Assembly (NCBI GenBank): GCA_965112735.1
Contig: OZ218950.1
Location: 1,550,001 to 1,614,000, forward strand
Direction: 5' to 3'
DNA length: 64,000 bases
Origin: Phaeosaccion multiseriatum
Lineage: Eukaryota; Protista; Ochrophyta, other classes
The translations under genes were made by a program, and so were the position numbers. Shown in pieces: positions 62,436 to 64,000 of the stretch. How positions within the stretch are numbered: position 1 is the first letter of the stretch; every line of letters begins with the position of its first letter. Below the pieces are notes generated by a model. That model was not told where the DNA came from. It did not search any database and saw nothing but the letters and a program-made list of their open reading frames with translations.

Positions 62436-63288
62436 TCTCTCTCTGTGCGCGTGTATCCTCTCCCTCTCTTCTCATACCACACGCGCTCAGGAGGGTCTGC
62501 TTGCAGAAGCAGAGACATGCTTCCTCAAAGCCGCGGGAGGAGATGCAGGCACGAGCGAAGAACTACCGCCACCAGTAGCAGTAGCAGCAGACGCATACTT
62601 CGGCCTTTGGAAGACGCTCTACCTGCAGCGCCACGCCAACTCCAGAGTCCGTACCAGAGCCGCCGATGCCCTGAGGACTGCACTGCGCTTGGAGCCGGCG
62701 TGGCAAGAGACAGACAGCAGACTGATTGCCAGCGGGGCCATCAACCAAGTCGCGGCGGCCTTCACAGGTACGGAGGGGAGGGGGCGCTGTAGTTGGGCCT
62801 TTTGAGTCTCTTACCCGGGACCTTGTGAGGAGCCTTGAGCGGGCAGCCATGCTTCCCATCCTCTTGCTGTCGGCCTGTATCACCCCCCCAGCACCACCAC
62901 CACTCCTACTCTCTCCCTGCAACCTCGCACACACACAATGCCGCCCCACCACACAGTTTGGCTCGACACCTCTCACCGGCCCTGCCTCTGTTCCCTCCCT
63001 CTCCAGATGATGACAGCATGGCCGACGCTGGACTCCAACGCGCCTGCCAATGCCTTCGCACCGGCCTAGCCAAGCACGGGTACACAGCCGCCGGCATGGA
63101 GTCTGTGTTTGGGGTATCCTCCCACCCATCCCTCGGCGGAAACACGATGGGCCCGTACTACACGGCGCGGTCCACCGATCACACCTCACCGCCCCCGCCC
63201 CCCCTGGAGAGGTGGAGTGCTCAAGATCTGCTCACGCGCTTGTTGCTGCTCGGGCTCACGGTCAGCGAGAAGCAAGTGGTGAGGAGGT

Positions 63289-63333
<45 letters not shown>

Positions 63334-63803
63334 CCCTCTAGTGCTCAAGTGTCTCCAACACATCTCTCGTCCCGGCCTCTCTCGGCTCCCAGATCAGATC
63401 AGTCATTCATCTCACGCCCTTTTGAGTCACCCTCCTCTCTCCTCTCTCCTCTTAATTTCCTTCGTTCTCTCTGCTCTTCTACTTCCCTACGTGCAACCAG
63501 AGCGAAGCCGTGGGCGCTCCTTTCGTCGAGGCCCTCCACACCCTGGGCCTTGTCGGCGACAGCCTCGTCTCGGCCGGTGCTACAGTTGGCACCAGCAGGA
63601 GCGGCAGCAGCAGCAGCAGCAGCAGCAGCAGTGGTGACGGGCGCCTCACTCCGTTTGTGCAGGTCTTCCCTTTGCGCCCCGATGCCATGTTGCACTCCTC
63701 TTCGAGTTCAGGCGGTGGGGGTGACAGCAACAGCAGCAGTGGCGAGGACTTGTATTTCGTCACTGACTGCCCACCTCCCACGTCCACAACACTAGAAAAA
63801 GAG
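62024..63803 (+). CDS. Signal-peptide + TPR protein, probably the N-terminal part of a class I SAM methyltransferase (incomplete, continues past the window)
   Basis: Exons 62024-62311, 62491-62767, 63007-63278, 63501-63803. Hydrophobic leader, TPR-like WCRRGFLFFKEGLLAEAETCFLKAA and AADALRTALRLEP. Then LLTRLLLLGLTV..VEALHTLGL..VQVFPL..LYFVTD resembles the N-terminal extension of bacterial-type small methyltransferases; the SAM motif itself is not in the window. Confidence 0.5.
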
Positions 63804-64000
63804 GTATGTGGGGAGACCGAGCGACCATCTGTGAAGTCTGCAACGGCCGCGTGGGTTTGTTTTACCTCCATTTTCACCCCCGGTGTAGTCAACGAGGCTG
63901 GCGTGGCGGCGTGGGGAGGCGGCATCTCTTTCTCCTTCTCCGCACTTGTCCACGTATCTATCACCTCCCTCGCCCTCTCACGCCCTCTCTCTGTCCGTGC

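Overview
Intron-rich eukaryotic nuclear DNA, most likely from a photosynthetic stramenopile (ochrophyte) alga. This is inferred from bipartite signal + ASAF/AFAF-type plastid presequences on the FKBP19 and TMEM205 homologs. About 17 protein genes can be reconstructed by hand splicing. In order: a disordered RVxF/CaaX protein (-), M1AP-like (+), DUS2 (-), RNFT-type RING-TM ligase (+), thylakoid FKBP19 (-), COPI-associated/EF-hand protein (+), ankyrin-pseudo-tyrosine kinase-RING protein (-), DsbA/thioredoxin-fold protein (+), TMEM205 (-), TBCCD1 (+), a short ankyrin protein (-), FANCF-like (-), GT31 galactosyltransferase (+), three tandem TMEM181/Wntless-like genes (-) and a TPR + probable methyltransferase gene (+) that runs off the end. 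Genes sit mostly in tight head-to-head pairs, and introns are packed with microsatellites. The most unusual region is 45.4-62 kb. It holds a nested family of non-autonomous terminal-inverted-repeat elements sharing a 5'-TCGRCCCY(A/G/T)GAC end. Two composite copies in opposite orientation bracket the TMEM181 triplication at both of its boundaries, and an 85-bp-arm hairpin made of coding debris lies nearby. Family assignments come from recalled motifs, not database searches. Most ORFs in the supplied track are microsatellite artefacts.
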